Shown in pieces: positions 25,401-38,197 of a stretch of 57,682 bases of DNA; the stretch's first letter is position 1, and the number at the start of each line of letters is the position of its first letter. Where the stretch lies: contig MU619274.1 in the NCBI GenBank assembly GCA_025201805.1, positions 1 to 57,682 of the forward strand, written 5' to 3'. The translations under genes and the position numbers were made by a program. Under the pieces are notes generated by a model that was given only the letters and a program-made list of their open reading frames with translations, did not search any database and had not been told where the DNA came from. The DNA is from Parasitella parasitica NRRL 2501. Its lineage: Eukaryota > Fungi > Mucoromycota.

Positions 25401-28400
25401 TTTTGAGTCAGCGTATTAAAGGCGTCTTGTACGGTTGTAATCAGGGATTCCAAAGTTGCCGTACCCTGGGCGTAGTCTTGCTTTAAACGGTAGTGATTGG
25501 CTTCTGTAGATCGCAAATGGATCTGCTCTTTTAAAGCCTCGTAATAGGCTGCTGCGTCTGCGACATCTTCAGCTTTTTGAGCTTGCAATTTCAGTTCTGA
25601 AAACTTTGCATTTAATGCTTGCAACTCATCCTGCCATCGCGTACACATTGCCTCAGTGATTTGTCCCACATCCTGCTGCGATTCGTGCTGGATTTTTTCA
25701 CACTGTGTGTTGAATGCTAGAAGCAAATCCATGAATTCTTGATGGCGCAACTCTTGCTGTCGTTGCTGCTGTATTTTGGCAATATTTCTCTCCAACTGCT
25801 GCCATTTCAGAGCAATGTAGGCTTGTTTGTCATGAATACGTTGGGCGCTTTGAGCTGTATCCTCTACATCGTCGTTGCCTTGCTGTTGCTGTATGACTGC
25901 TATGCATTTGCTGGCAGCAACCTCCAGACCATGGACAGATGCAGTGTAATTGGTGATGGCTGACTGTAACGCATTGACATGGGCAACGGCAGATTTCAAG
26001 TCTGTAGCGTCGTCATTGAGCAATTTATGCTTGGCATCAATCCATCCGTCGACCACACTAGCCTCTGCAAAGTAGGATGCTTCGGCAGCTTTTCGACGCG
26101 ATAATCTCTCCTTGGATTTGAGAATAGCTTCTAACGTAGATCCCAACTCAGTTAGTCGAGATTGACGAGCCTTGAGCATGTCTTGTAGGCCAGCATTATG
26201 GCTTGTGTCAAGCTCACGAGCGCGAGGATTGTGATCCCGGTAGTGGCGAACAGGATAGGTCATTGTTTGCTCAATTAGAGCGTTCACTTGATCTACACCC
26301 TGCTTGTACTCATCCAGCTCTTGCGACGATGGCTGAGGTAAGGACAGCAAGGTGGACTTTTTGGATTCTGCTAGCGCCTCCACCTGATTGATTTCATGCA
26401 CAATGACACATAAAGTCTTTTGCTGCTCCATGACCTTGTCCAGGAATCGGTCTTGCTGCTCTAGACTGTGCTTGGTGCTCTCCAGGCTGGCTTTACGGCG
26501 GAAAATAGGCTCTGTCTGCTGCTGGATGACTTGATCGAGTAGAGCATCCATAGCTTCAACATGGATAGTCGTGGCCTGGTGCAGCTTAGCCACCTTCTCA
26601 GTCAGATCCAAATCCATATCAGTTGAGGGAGACCAACGAGCATAAAGCTGGATAAATGATTCAGTGGCTAGTTCTTTGTTGGCACACGCTTGCAATTCTT
26701 TGTCCACCCAAAAAGCCCAGTTGTGGCGTTCTTGTATTTGTCGAATTTCGGTCAACTGCGCACCGATGGTCTCTTGAAGTTTGCTTGACAGATGGAGCAC
26801 GTCGCTTTGCTGCGAGTTTTCCAATACTGCATTAGTGGCAACTTTGAATGACTGGATGAGAGAGGCGTACGCGCTTTTGAGATCATCTTGTCCCAATAAA
26901 CAGTGCTCCAAGACAAGGCGATACACCTCCAATTGTTTGGCCAGCGACTGCAATTTCTGATTACCTCCGCCTTCACCATCAAATGTTGAAACCCACCATG
27001 CTTTTTGATTGATCCATTCAAGCATTGTTTCTTGCAAGCCGCTCAAAGTTAAAGATTGGTCCAGCCACGACTCGTACCAACGGGCACGATCCTTGCAAAC
27101 CTGTAAATGATTCTTGAACTCTTTGATAGATTGGCCCAGTGTGTTCCAAGAGACTTGCAGCGCTGCCAATGGTTTCTCAGTAATGCTAGAATTAAGCATG
27201 TTACAGTCATCGTTGGCCATGGCTGTTTGTAGCTGTGATAGTTGCTGCTTGGCATTTTCAACATTTTGCTCACACTGCTGATATTGCACGTCAAAGTCAC
27301 TTTCAAGCTGGTTTTCCTGGCACACTGCTTGATTATCTAGCGAGATGGTACCCAATGTCAAATCAAAGCTGTAGGATGCAATGCTGGATGTTATTTCAGT
27401 GATGGTCGTTGTTATCTTTTGTACCTGCAGACACCACTGCTCCAAACGCACACGGTACTTTAATCCAACATCCAAACGCTGCACCATTTCAACCAGCGTA
27501 TTGGCTAGTACCTGTAGATCAGTGTATGCTCTGTACACGGCAGTAGCTACCTCTGTTGAAATCTCATCGTCGTTTGTAGATGGGCGTGTTGTACGAGCAT
27601 CCTCGGAACACACAGGGTATGGAAGCTGTGAGCCTAGCATTATCCATAATTGGACCACCTGCTGATTGAACTCCTGCACAGCGTCCTTCAAATGGTGATT
27701 TTCCTCCATTATCATCACAGAGTCGATAGCCTGTTGAATATCAAGTCTAATTTGACGTCCTTGAGCTTGAAGGTCACCGACTTGATGTGTGAAATCAACC
27801 AACGCGTCGTTCTGATCCAGAACCTGCTGAGCATAGAGTAACAAATCATTGAGATTCTGGAAGCTTTGGCGTAGTGTGTCTTGGCGGCGTTGGACATACT
27901 CTATGGCCGTTGATATGTCGGTTGCTTCTTGAGACAATCCTATTTGTCAGAGAGTATTAGTCATCAACATTTGTCAATTGGTTTTATGATGGGCAAAAAC
28001 TTGCAACGTACCAAAATCACTGACCAGGTCATTATAGACATCATCCACAAATTTCAATTGGTCGCTGTAAAACGCCTGTACCTTTGCAACCAGATTGCCA
28101 CATTCCTGACGTCTTTGAGAGCTGGAGGTATCACCGACATCAGTACTATTGCTATCCTCCTCATCCTGATCCATCATAATAGAAACCCTCCATTGCGCCT
28201 TGCGAGAAACAAAGTCCCACACAGCAAATGTATTGTTGGACAGCCACAAGGTCGCCTTGGCATGCTGTGTTTCCCAAGATATACGACGACCCAGGACATC
28301 CAGCCTCACGCTATGCACCTGCAGTGCCTCTTCCAAGACATCTAACTGGTCCTTCAAAGCACCCATGCCGTCATGTAGCGCTGATACCTGGGCCGAGATC

Positions 28401-30775
28401 ATGTTGTGCTGTGAAGAGGATGATTGCTGTACCGCCAGTATGTTCTCTTGCAGCTTTTTGAACTCGTTTTCTTTGATGCCCTTTAGCTTTGTCACTTGGC
28501 CATCCCGTTCCTTTGCCAAGCGAGCCAGGTCAGTCTCGTCCAGAGCACATTTGCCAGCAACAAATACATCCACTTTTGATTTGTCCATAGATTTCAGACG
28601 CTCATCTACCCAACCGCCCAGCCGAGTCATCTCATCTTGCAGCTGCTTTGATCTCTTTTGCAACTGCAGCGCCCTCCTTAGCGCACTCAAGCTTTGATCC
28701 AACGCCTCGCCAAACAGAACCAACGCAGACTTACGAGACCCAATCACCATGCGAATCATTTCATTGGCATCGTCGTTTCCTTGCTGATCAGAAGGATGAG
28801 TGGCTTCTGGATAGGGCACGCGCGCAGCCACTCCGGTAACAAGTCGCACTGTATTTTCTTGAAAGACCACCACCTTTTCGCTCAACTCGGTGGTGGATAC
28901 CAGTGACACATCTGCCGTGACGATCTCTTGTCGCAAGGCTTCGCCCTCGATTTTAAGCTGGTCTGCTTTGGCCACAAAGTCGGTGACGACTAGATACTGT
29001 TCCACAACTTGTCTTGCAAATGCGATACGGTGAGTCAGCTCCTCGAATCCCTCTTCAATGGCAACCTGTCTTGATTCCAAATGGCTGGGTAATTCAACAT
29101 GACAAGCGTCATCCAAGTCTTGGTACAAATTGACGGTGCTGGTAAACTGGTCCTGGTCAAAGTGAGTTGCTCGTTGTTCAAACTGGATAAGCGCATTAAT
29201 GATGCTGTTTTTGTCGTCCTGTGCATCGTCGTCATGAGCCCTCCATCTGGCCTGCTGGAGCACAAACTGCTTTACTTGCTCGGCTTCAGATCGAACCCAT
29301 GACACTGTCACATGATAGGATTGCTCCCAGGCCATGCGCAGAGTCAACATTTGAAGCTCGTAAGCATGGCGTCGAAGTAAATGCATGAGGCGGTCCAATG
29401 TCGTCAGTGTGGTAAAAGTGATTTCAATTGTGGTTGTGTCTGCTGGGCTGAGATCCTTGTTTGCAGACGTGAGCTGCTTGACGTGGGCTCGCAGCCTTGT
29501 CATGTCTTGCGCGTCAAATGCTTCCACTTGTTTTTGAAGCGTTTCGTGCTCATGGTTCCATTCGTCAATCTGCTGAGGCGTATAGTCGTACTCTACCTCT
29601 TCCAGCGCATTCAACGACTGCTTATCCATCAGCAGCTGAATACGCTGCTCAATCCAGGCGCGAATACGTCCGGCCTCAACAAACCACACCCTAACATCAT
29701 CCACCCACGACACAATAAGCTGGTATTTGTGTAACAGCACTTTGTAATCTTGATACTGACCACTGTCCATGTCATAACGGACCAGCCTTTCAATGAGGGT
29801 GCCCACGTTGGTTGATCTCACTTCCAGGTCGTTGATGCCGGCATCCGTTGTTGTTGTTTTCAGCATTTTGGCCTGGATAAACTCTAGCTCATTGCGGATG
29901 TATGCGACAGTTGTATCAAATTCAATCGTAGACCTCTGCATTTGAGCAGAAAGGGCCGCATGTGTTGCATCGATAGCCGAGATGCGTACAGCAAGATCGG
30001 GGGGTATGTTTGTTTTGTTGATAATCGCCTGCTGGAAAGACTGGTATTGCGGCTGCATTTGCTGTAGACTGAGCTCAATGTCTTCCCAATCTCGGCTGTG
30101 AATCGGCTCTATGCGAGGCGAGGGTGATGATCGCGTAGACGCAGTAGAGCTAAGCGACTCTTGCTTTGCAAGTTCGGTCCATTGCTGCCACAATTGAGTC
30201 AGAGGAATCCCAATTGCCAAGTCAAAACCAACAGAGTCGCTACTGTTGTCGCGGATGTGCAACTCTCTAAGCGTGGCATCGTCTTTGGTTGAGAGTGCTT
30301 GCTGGATGCACCCCAGGTAGCTTGAGATATCAGCAGCAGCAGCAGCATCGTCCCCTGTTTCGCAGACGACATTCAGCCGATCTTCAAACACTTGCAGCGC
30401 CTTTTTGTAGCTTGTTGTGTGATTCTGAAGCTGGTGCGACAGGTTGAGAAACTGATCAGGGAAATAGCGATGAGCCAGACACACAATCGGTTTTGCAAGC
30501 CAGTCGGTTCTTTCATTCAGGTCCACAGGTATTGACATGAGATGTAGGTCTGCATACAAGGAGAGCTCTTTTTGTAACCATGCCAGCACGGTAGATGGTG
30601 AAGAGGTTGGCGATGCTGGTGAAGGTAGTACCATGTCTACTTTGGCAAAGGCTGCGCTGTAAAGAATTGTAGTCGTTGTAGTGGTAGTGGTTAAAGTAGA
30701 AGAAACGCGGGGATTGCTCACAGCTTGCTGTTGCTGATTACTGGCTTTTAAAATCGCACCACTTTCTTTCCTCAT
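22466..30775 (-). CDS. Giant (~2745 aa) spectraplakin-like protein: CH-like domain, spectrin-like repeats, GAR/GAS2 domain
   Basis: The 933-aa and 1823-aa ORFs join in frame through a 72-nt GT-AG intron (28011-27940), giving 8238 nt of CDS. CH2-like segment at ~30592-30370, periodic Trp-bearing helical repeats, GAR signature YWFG...CRVLKSKMVMVRVGGGWTELSQFL at ~23119-22898. Confidence 0.85.
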
Positions 30776-31194
30776 TGCAAAGAAAGGGTTATGAAAGGAA
30801 GAAAAGTAAAGAATAACAATAGGCCAAAAGGAGAGGGGGTGGGGGGAAGAGGGAATATATATATATATAATAAACTTGGTTCAATCATAAACACCAAGTG
30901 CTCAACTCACGAAAATCACATACAGAAAAACAAATAGCCTTGTTACTTTAAAGGAGCCATGGCAGACTTTGGGTGGTGGTCTGCTTGTAGTTTTAAGGGG
31001 TTGCATGTCAATAATAATACAGCAGCCCTTGAGACTACCAATTAAAAAGGGATATGAAGCTTGTGTTTGCTCTCAACCCGATGATTTCCCCTATCTTTTT
31101 GTCTAATTAAACCTCAAAAATACGCACACAAAACTTTTTTTTTTTTTTCCAAGTTGATTAAAATCACATTTATTGTTCACAAAAAAATTCAAAT

Positions 31195-32077
31195 TTAGAA
31201 CTTGGCGAAAGACTTGGAGGCGCCCTTGGCCTTGGTAACCTTGAGGACGTTGAAACGAACAGTCTTGGAAAGAGGGCGACATTGACCGATGGTAACGAGA
31301 TCACCGCTATTATACAGCATTAGTAAATGGAATCAAAGGCTTGGNNNNNNNNNNNNNNNNNNNNNNNNNNNNNNNNNNNNNNNNNNNNNNNNNNNNNNNN
31401 NNNNNNNNNNNNNNNNNNNNNNNNNNNNNNNNNNNNNNNNNNNNNNNNNNNNNNNNNNNNNNNNNNNNNNNNNNNNNNNNNNNNNNNNNNNNNNNNNNNN
31501 NNNNNNNNNNNNNNNNNNNNNNNNNNNNNNNNNNNNNNNNNNNNNNNNNNNNNNNNNNNNNNNNNNNNNNNNNNNNNNNAAAAAAAAAAAAAAAACGCAA
31601 ATCATTTGTTTCTCAACGAACAAAATAGTGGCGAGCGAGCGAAAAACAATAAAGATTACTTACATTTCAATAGCAGACTTTTCGAAAGCAGGGGAGACGT
31701 GAGCAGAAATGTTATTGTGGCGCTTTTCGTAACGGTTGTACTTGGGGATGTAGTGAAGATAATCACGACGGACAACGAGGGTACGCTTCATCTTGGTGGA
31801 GGTGACAACACCGGTAAGGATACGACCTTGGATGTTGACTTCACCGACAAAGGGGCACTTTTTGTCAATGTAGGTACCGATCTTGGCTTCCTTGGGGGTC
31901 TTGAAACCATAACCGACTTCCTTGAACCAACGTTGGTTGCGCTTCTTGGCGTCCTTGGAGTTTTGGAAAATACCAGCTTGCTTTTGGAAAGCCTTCTCGG
32001 TCTGGCGGCAAGGAACAGCAAGGTTAGCCACACAATCATTCTCATTTGCCATCACAAATACATACTTGGTGTTCCAT
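31195..32077 (-). CDS. RPS11: 40S ribosomal protein S11 (uS17)
   Basis: [12 protein letters not shown]...[42 protein letters not shown]..[23 protein letters not shown]; N-gap lies within intron 2. Confidence 0.97.
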
Positions 32078-33473
32078 CTTTAATGAAGAGTAGTTAGAGG
32101 AGGAGCAAAACTGACCACAAATGCATTTTGCCTTTTTATTCCTATAAAATTTTTTCTTTCTAGTCACATTGCGCTTGCAAGTAGTGACAACAAAAGCCAC
32201 AACTCTTTTTGACAAAGCACTGATTTGATTGATCAATGCGGATAAAATTTTGCCATCTCAGGCGTAAACCTGGCCTGAAGCGCAAAGCCGTAACGTACGA
32301 GTCTACTACGGTATTCACAAAAGTACATGTCATGCTGTCTTTTGCGATGATTGATTGCAAGCGATATCGTTCCTAATCGTTGAAACGGACCTTTACATGT
32401 CAACTTTTAGATAAAAAGTGCTATAGTCTACGTAGCTAATGTTGATATCCTTTGATCCATTCTTGTGGCAACTTTTTTTTTTTTTTCTCTCTCTAGAGTA
32501 TATTGGAAGATACATAGGGGAGCATCACCCAAACCAAAGGGTTTTGGGCGTGCATGTACACACATTGCGAGACCTGGGAAACCCCATTACAAATGCATTC
32601 TTTGACTAGTATCTTATCAGACTACTTTGCTGATACACAGAATTTGATGCGTATCATATCTTGCAGCGGTAACGATTATAATGCCCTGATGTAAACAAAC
32701 GCAAATCTCTCCAAACGTTTTCTTTCCACTCTCTTATGCAGTTTGGTCTTTTGTCATCCTTAAAAATATATATATATATACTACAGTGTATGTTTTTGCA
32801 AGACAAAAAAGACATTTTTAAAGACTAATATCTCAACTTATCTACCGTGTAACAATCCAAAGACTTGAGAGACTATCTAAAGTGCTATATACCACAATAG
32901 ATTATTGAGGATTGCTAGTTTACTTTATCAGAGAATGGTTCGACTGATTGCACGCTGTAAGTTGGTTATCTCTTATCCGCCATTTCCTTTTTCTTTTTTT
33001 TTGTTTAACGCTCATCCGATCTCTGAGATTCTTGTTATTACATAATGGCAGTGAGAGAGGGGCACAATATCAAATTGTGTAACCGCGGATCAATCAAAGC
33101 ACCTGCATAGAATTGCTCAATTTTGGGTCATTTCACAATAGAGTCGAGGAATATACACGAGCAATGGTTTCTTCATGTACACTACATGTTGTAATGAAAG
33201 CATAAATGAAGCTTGTTGTTCTTTAAACGTCAAAAACTTGTACAGGTTATTACACGTTGGACAAAAGGTTACTATTAATCGTCCTATCTTTGACTGTGAT
33301 AAGAGCCTCCTCCATTGGCCGTGATGGTCCATACAGCAGGAAATTACTGTCCATTTTGATAGCTTGATAAATATCAAGCAGATAAGGCAGTGAATATATT
33401 GATTACACATACATATATATATAAGAGAGGCAGTTTGTCTTTTTATTCTTTCTACAACTTGTTCTCATACAGC

Positions 33474-35609
33474 ATGAAATTATCACTCTTTCTACTTGCC
33501 ACTGCAGCACTGCAAGCTCTCGCAGCCCCTGCTTCCTCTGCCACCGCTCACGCCAGAATTTCTGTTAAAACCGCACTCGAAGCTGACTCTTTGACCAATG
33601 TCTATGTTGACTATGGATCTCAATCAATCGAGGGAATCATTACTTTGTCATACGGCTCTTGCCAAGATGGTTCGATTGAGCATGAAATCGGCTCGGTCAA
33701 TGTCTCCACTGAATTTCAGCCTGACAAATTTGCATGGCATGTGCCTGCTGATGCCCAATCTGGTTGTTTCTTTGTAAAGGATGTTTCTGGAAATGTCATT
33801 GCTCGGAGCGACGCGTATACTATCTCGAAAAAATTTGCCAAGCGTGGCCATCCAGAGCTGAACGACATGTATTTTGATGCTGTTGACTATCACAAGACCA
33901 GGAAGGCATCTAAACGCGCTCATGCTTCTAGTAAAAATAAGAGCAAGTATCTTCAATTCGTTAAAAGATGAGAGACTAACTCCAAAAACAGAGATTGGTA
34001 TTGTCGGTGCTGGCATGTCTGGCTTGTTCAGTGGCTACCTACTGGATCAAGCAGGATTCCACGACTACGAAATTTTGGAAGCGAACGATAGGCTTGGCGG
34101 GTAAGTTGGGCATTATGTGCCATCTCATTCTTTATACGCTAAGCTGAAACGCTCCTGTAGCCGTGTTCACACTGCATACTTTGGAAAATCTGGCATTGCA
34201 TATCAAGAAATGGGCCCAATGCGTTTCCCTGTTGAATTTGAATACGAAGGAAAGACGCTTCCTATTACTGACCACCAGATTGTCTTTCAGCTTGCCGATG
34301 AACTGAACGCCCTCAATGACAAGTCTCACAAGATTGAGTTTATCAAGTGGTATCAAAGCCGTGCAAAGTAAGTTAACGCCACGCGGATTCTGCAGCTGGC
34401 CAGCTAAAATAATATCTGCATAGCAACCTGTATTACCGTCAAGGCTTTCGTCTTCCTGATGGCAGAATTCCTACTATCGGTGAGGTCCAAGCCAACTCTG
34501 CCATTGTTCCGCAAAGTGCAGACACCTCTGCTTTATCCTCTGCCACCAACAATGCTACCGCAGAATTCTTTACTGATGACTGGTTCAAACTGATGGGCGC
34601 CGACCTTTACGCTGCTCATCAAAAGGCCCTGGACGAAGGATACGATGACTGGTCTGAATGGGGATGGCTGCACAATAAGATGGGACTAAGCTTGAATGCG
34701 ACAGACTACGCGACTGGACTGGGCGCCGGCCAAATATGGGAAAACATGTATGATACATTCACTTTTAGCAAGGCTACCAACTGGAAGACTGTCCAGGGTG
34801 GTTTGGACCGCATTCCTCAGGCGTTTAGCTCTGTTCTCGGCAAAAAGGTAACTTACGGCATCCGTGTCAGCAAACTGGAGTTTGAAGACGACATGGTCTC
34901 TGTGCAGTGGAAGAAATCACCTTACGACACCAACTACAAGTCCAAAAAGTATGACAATGTTATTGTGTCTGCTCCGTTTAGTATTGTTCGCACATGGCAC
35001 CTCCCTAAGCTCGATTATACTTTGAGTCAAGCTATCAATAATCTCGGTTACAGCCAAGCTTGCAAAGTTGCTCTCGAGTTCAAGGAGCGTTTCTGGGAAA
35101 AGTTGGATCGTCCTATCCAGGGCGGGTGTGATAGCACCGACTTGCTGTCAGGCAGTATCTGTTACCCTGCCAATAACATTGGCACCAAGGGCTCTGGCGT
35201 AGTCCTGGCGAGTTACGCTAGTGGCGATATGGGCCTTCGATTTGCTTCCATGACGGAAGACGAACATGTGGCTCGTGTTGTCCAAGATTTCACAGAACTT
35301 CACGGTGATTTGGTTAAAAAGTACTATACCGGCAAATACGATCGTCGTTGTTGGATTTTGGATCCTTTCCAATCTGGATCTTGGGCAAGCGCTGAACCCG
35401 GTCAGCATAAGCTCTACATGCCTTCCTATTTCAAGATGGATCATGGCCTTGTCTTTGTAGGTGAACACACTGATATCAAGCATGCCTGGATTTCTGCTGC
35501 GCTAGAGTCATCCATTCGCGGCGTGGTTATGATTCTCGTGGAAAATGGCCATATCGACGAAGCCAAAGCCATTGTTAAAAAGTACAATGCTAAATGGATG
35601 AAAATCTAG
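33474..35609 (+). CDS. Secreted L-amino-acid oxidase / flavin amine oxidase with N-terminal prodomain
   Basis: Signal peptide, ~130-aa beta-rich prodomain, KR sites, IGIVGAGMSGL (GxGxxG), EANDRLGGRVHT, EMGPMRFP, FVGEHTDIKHAWISAALES. Confidence 0.9.
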
Positions 35610-35756
35610 AAAATCTCACACAATAAAAGTTTGACACTTTCTGCAACACCAGACTTACAGCTCCTTAACTCCCCGACTTTGCATTTAAAACTTGGAACAT
35701 TGTAATAAAACCTTTCTTTCTCTTCATCTGTCTTTGCGATACACGCAACGAGACAA

Positions 35757-35874
35757 TGAGTCTACCCAGGGGAATGGTATCATCAGTGTCGTTGCTACTA
35801 AAATCACTCAAACTATTCCAGAATCCCTTGCTGGTGCATCAACTGCAGAAGCCAGCTTGCTGGAAACCACAAAT
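35757..35874 (+). ncRNA. Possible H/ACA-like structured RNA (tentative)
   Basis: Hairpin (GAGT..ACTC), then AAACTA (ANANNA, 35810-35815), then hairpin (TTCCAG..GCTGG..CCAGC..CTGGAA), then ACA at 35869-35871. Pocket-to-box spacing is shorter than canonical. Confidence 0.2.
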
Positions 35875-36021
35875 CGCTAATTTAAGGTATGATATATGTA
35901 TGAGATTAAAAAAAAAAAAAAAAAATCATGCCATTTCCAGCATGTGTCTCAACTAGGAGAATCTCTCTCTTTTTTTTTTTTTTGAGACTCTCGGGGCCCT
36001 CCCTTCTTTTCCCTTTTGTAA

Positions 36022-37683
36022 ATGAAATTATTAATCAATTTTCTATTGATTTTTGTCATTTATTATCTGTATAATAGGTTCACGTCATCTCCACATTCAG
36101 CAAACATGTCTAACCCTGAACAAAGCACTGTCATCGTCGTTGGTGGTGGTTTAGCTGGTCTTTCAGCTGCCATCGAAGCTTATAATCAAGGTAACACCAA
36201 GGTCATCTTGATTGACAAGGAAAAGAACATTGGCGGAAATTCCATGAAGGCTACTTCTGGCATTAATGCGATCGAACCGATAAATAAGGATTCCCGTGAA
36301 GCCTTCATCCAGGACACGCTAAAATCTGGTGCTGGTATTAGCCGTGAGGATCTTGTTACAAAGCTGGTTGACGAAAGCAGACCTGCGCTTGGCTGGTTGA
36401 TCAAGGAAAGCGTAGTAGATGGCGTGCCTTCTTTGGATCTGTCCGTTGTTTCTCGCTGTGGTGGTCATTCTCATGGCCGTACGCATCGCTGTCCTGCTCA
36501 GAATGGCCGTCCTGTGCCCGTAGGATGGAAGTTGGTCGATACTCTCAAGAAGCGGTTTAGCTCTTTTGATGATGCCAAAGCCCAGGTCATCACAAACACC
36601 CGAGTTGTCAACTTGCTGACTGAAAATAGTGCTGTTGTTGGCGTCCAAGTCGTAACGAAGGATCCCGAGACAGAGCAAGAAACAACAGAGGCAATCAAAG
36701 CTAATGCTGTTATCTTGACAAGTGGTGGTTTTGCTGGACAAACTGGCAAGCATCTACCTGACGGCCAAAGTACTCTATTGAGTGAATTTGCTCCTCAATT
36801 GGTCCACACTGCTACTACTAATGGCCCTTGGGCTGCTGGCGAAGGTGTTCGTCTTGGGCTGGCTGTCGGAGCTGGCATGAGAGATATGGTAAATGTTTGA
36901 AGCGAAACTTTTTAAAATGGAAATCTGCTAAAGACTGATTTATTTGGACGCCAATTACAGGATCAGGTTCAAGTGCACCCTACTGGATTTGTTGACCCTA
37001 CCAACCCTACAGCTTCTACCAAATTCTTGGCTCCTGAGGCCCTTCGTGCCTACGGTGGCATCCTCTTGAATGGGGAGGGCAAGCGCTTCACAGATGAATT
37101 GACATTGCGTGACCAAGTTACTGCGGCCATTTATCGTCAATACGCAACTGTGCATTCTCGTCCCAACAGTTTGATGAGCAAGACATTGCCCGAAAAATAC
37201 GCCCCTGCATATATGGTTTTGACTGACGAGGCCGTTGAAGGCTTTGGTAAAAGTACATTGGGCTTCTATGCCTCCAAAGGGTTCTTCACTCAAGCTGAGG
37301 GCATCGAGAATTTAGCCAAGGTTTTGGATGTCGATATCCAGCAATTAGAGCAAGAATTCAAAGAATACGATGCGCATGTTGGGCAAGAAAAGCCTGATAG
37401 AACTGGAAAGACATTTTTCCCTGGCTCCGTTTTTGGCCCTACGACCTATTGGGTTGGTTTGATTACGCCTGTTGTTCACTATACGATGGGCGGTCTCGAT
37501 ATAAATACTGACGCTGCCATTTTGACGGAAACTAACAGCGTAATACCTGGTTTATATGGTGCAGGTGAAGTAACTGGTGGTGTTCATGGTCATAACCGCT
37601 TAGCGGGTAATTCTCTTTTAGAATGTGTTGTATTTGGCAGAACAGCTGGTCGCAACGCGGCTCATTTTGCCAAAAAGCATTAA
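36022..37683 (+). CDS. OSM1: FAD-dependent soluble fumarate reductase (Osm1/Frd1 family)
   Basis: VVGGGLAGLSAA, GGNSMKATSGIN, GGHS..RTH, QVHPTGF, LAPEALR, VHYTMGG, GGVHGHNRLAGNSLLECVVFGR; one intron ~36889-36960. Confidence 0.95.
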
Positions 37684-38197
37684 ATCTATCATTAATATAA
37701 AAGTCAGTGCCCTGACTAGACTTGAGGCTTTCGCAGACTTTTATGGTATTCTTTCATTGTCAAAATATCACACATGCACGAGAAATGACATTACAGTTAA
37801 TGTTGAATGATTCCTGTCACAATTGTTTTGTTGTTCGAGTTATTAACGAAACGAGCAATTGTCTCCAAAGCTGCGTCAAGTTTACCATTATCCACCTACA
37901 GGATGAGATTTCAGGGTTTGACATATCTGTATTGTTTGTTTGCTACTATAGCAAAATCATAATGCCTCAACGTTTACTGCGGACCACATTGCTTTGTTAA
38001 GAATATGAGATGCTACCATCCGTAAAAAATAGAGTTTTTTTTTTTTTTTTTTNNNNNNNNNNTTTTTTTGATGGAATAAATACATTTACTTGGAGATTCT
38101 TTTTACTACAATAAAACATCCTTTATGGCAAACAAATAGCAAACAGTGGTATATTATTGAAATTAGTGGGAAATGCATGCCTTCTACTGCAACAGTA

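Noticed and set aside
22562-29734. Numerous plus-strand ORFs of 60-200 aa
   Set aside because: Antisense shadows of the giant minus-strand CDS.
31289-31702. ORFs spanning poly-X
   Set aside because: Artefacts of the N gap inside an RPS11 intron.
32155-32300. Homol-D-like TAGTCACA and RRPE-like AAAATTTT in the RPS11 promoter
   Set aside because: Imperfect short matches in AT-rich DNA; not supportable without other ribosomal-protein promoters for comparison.
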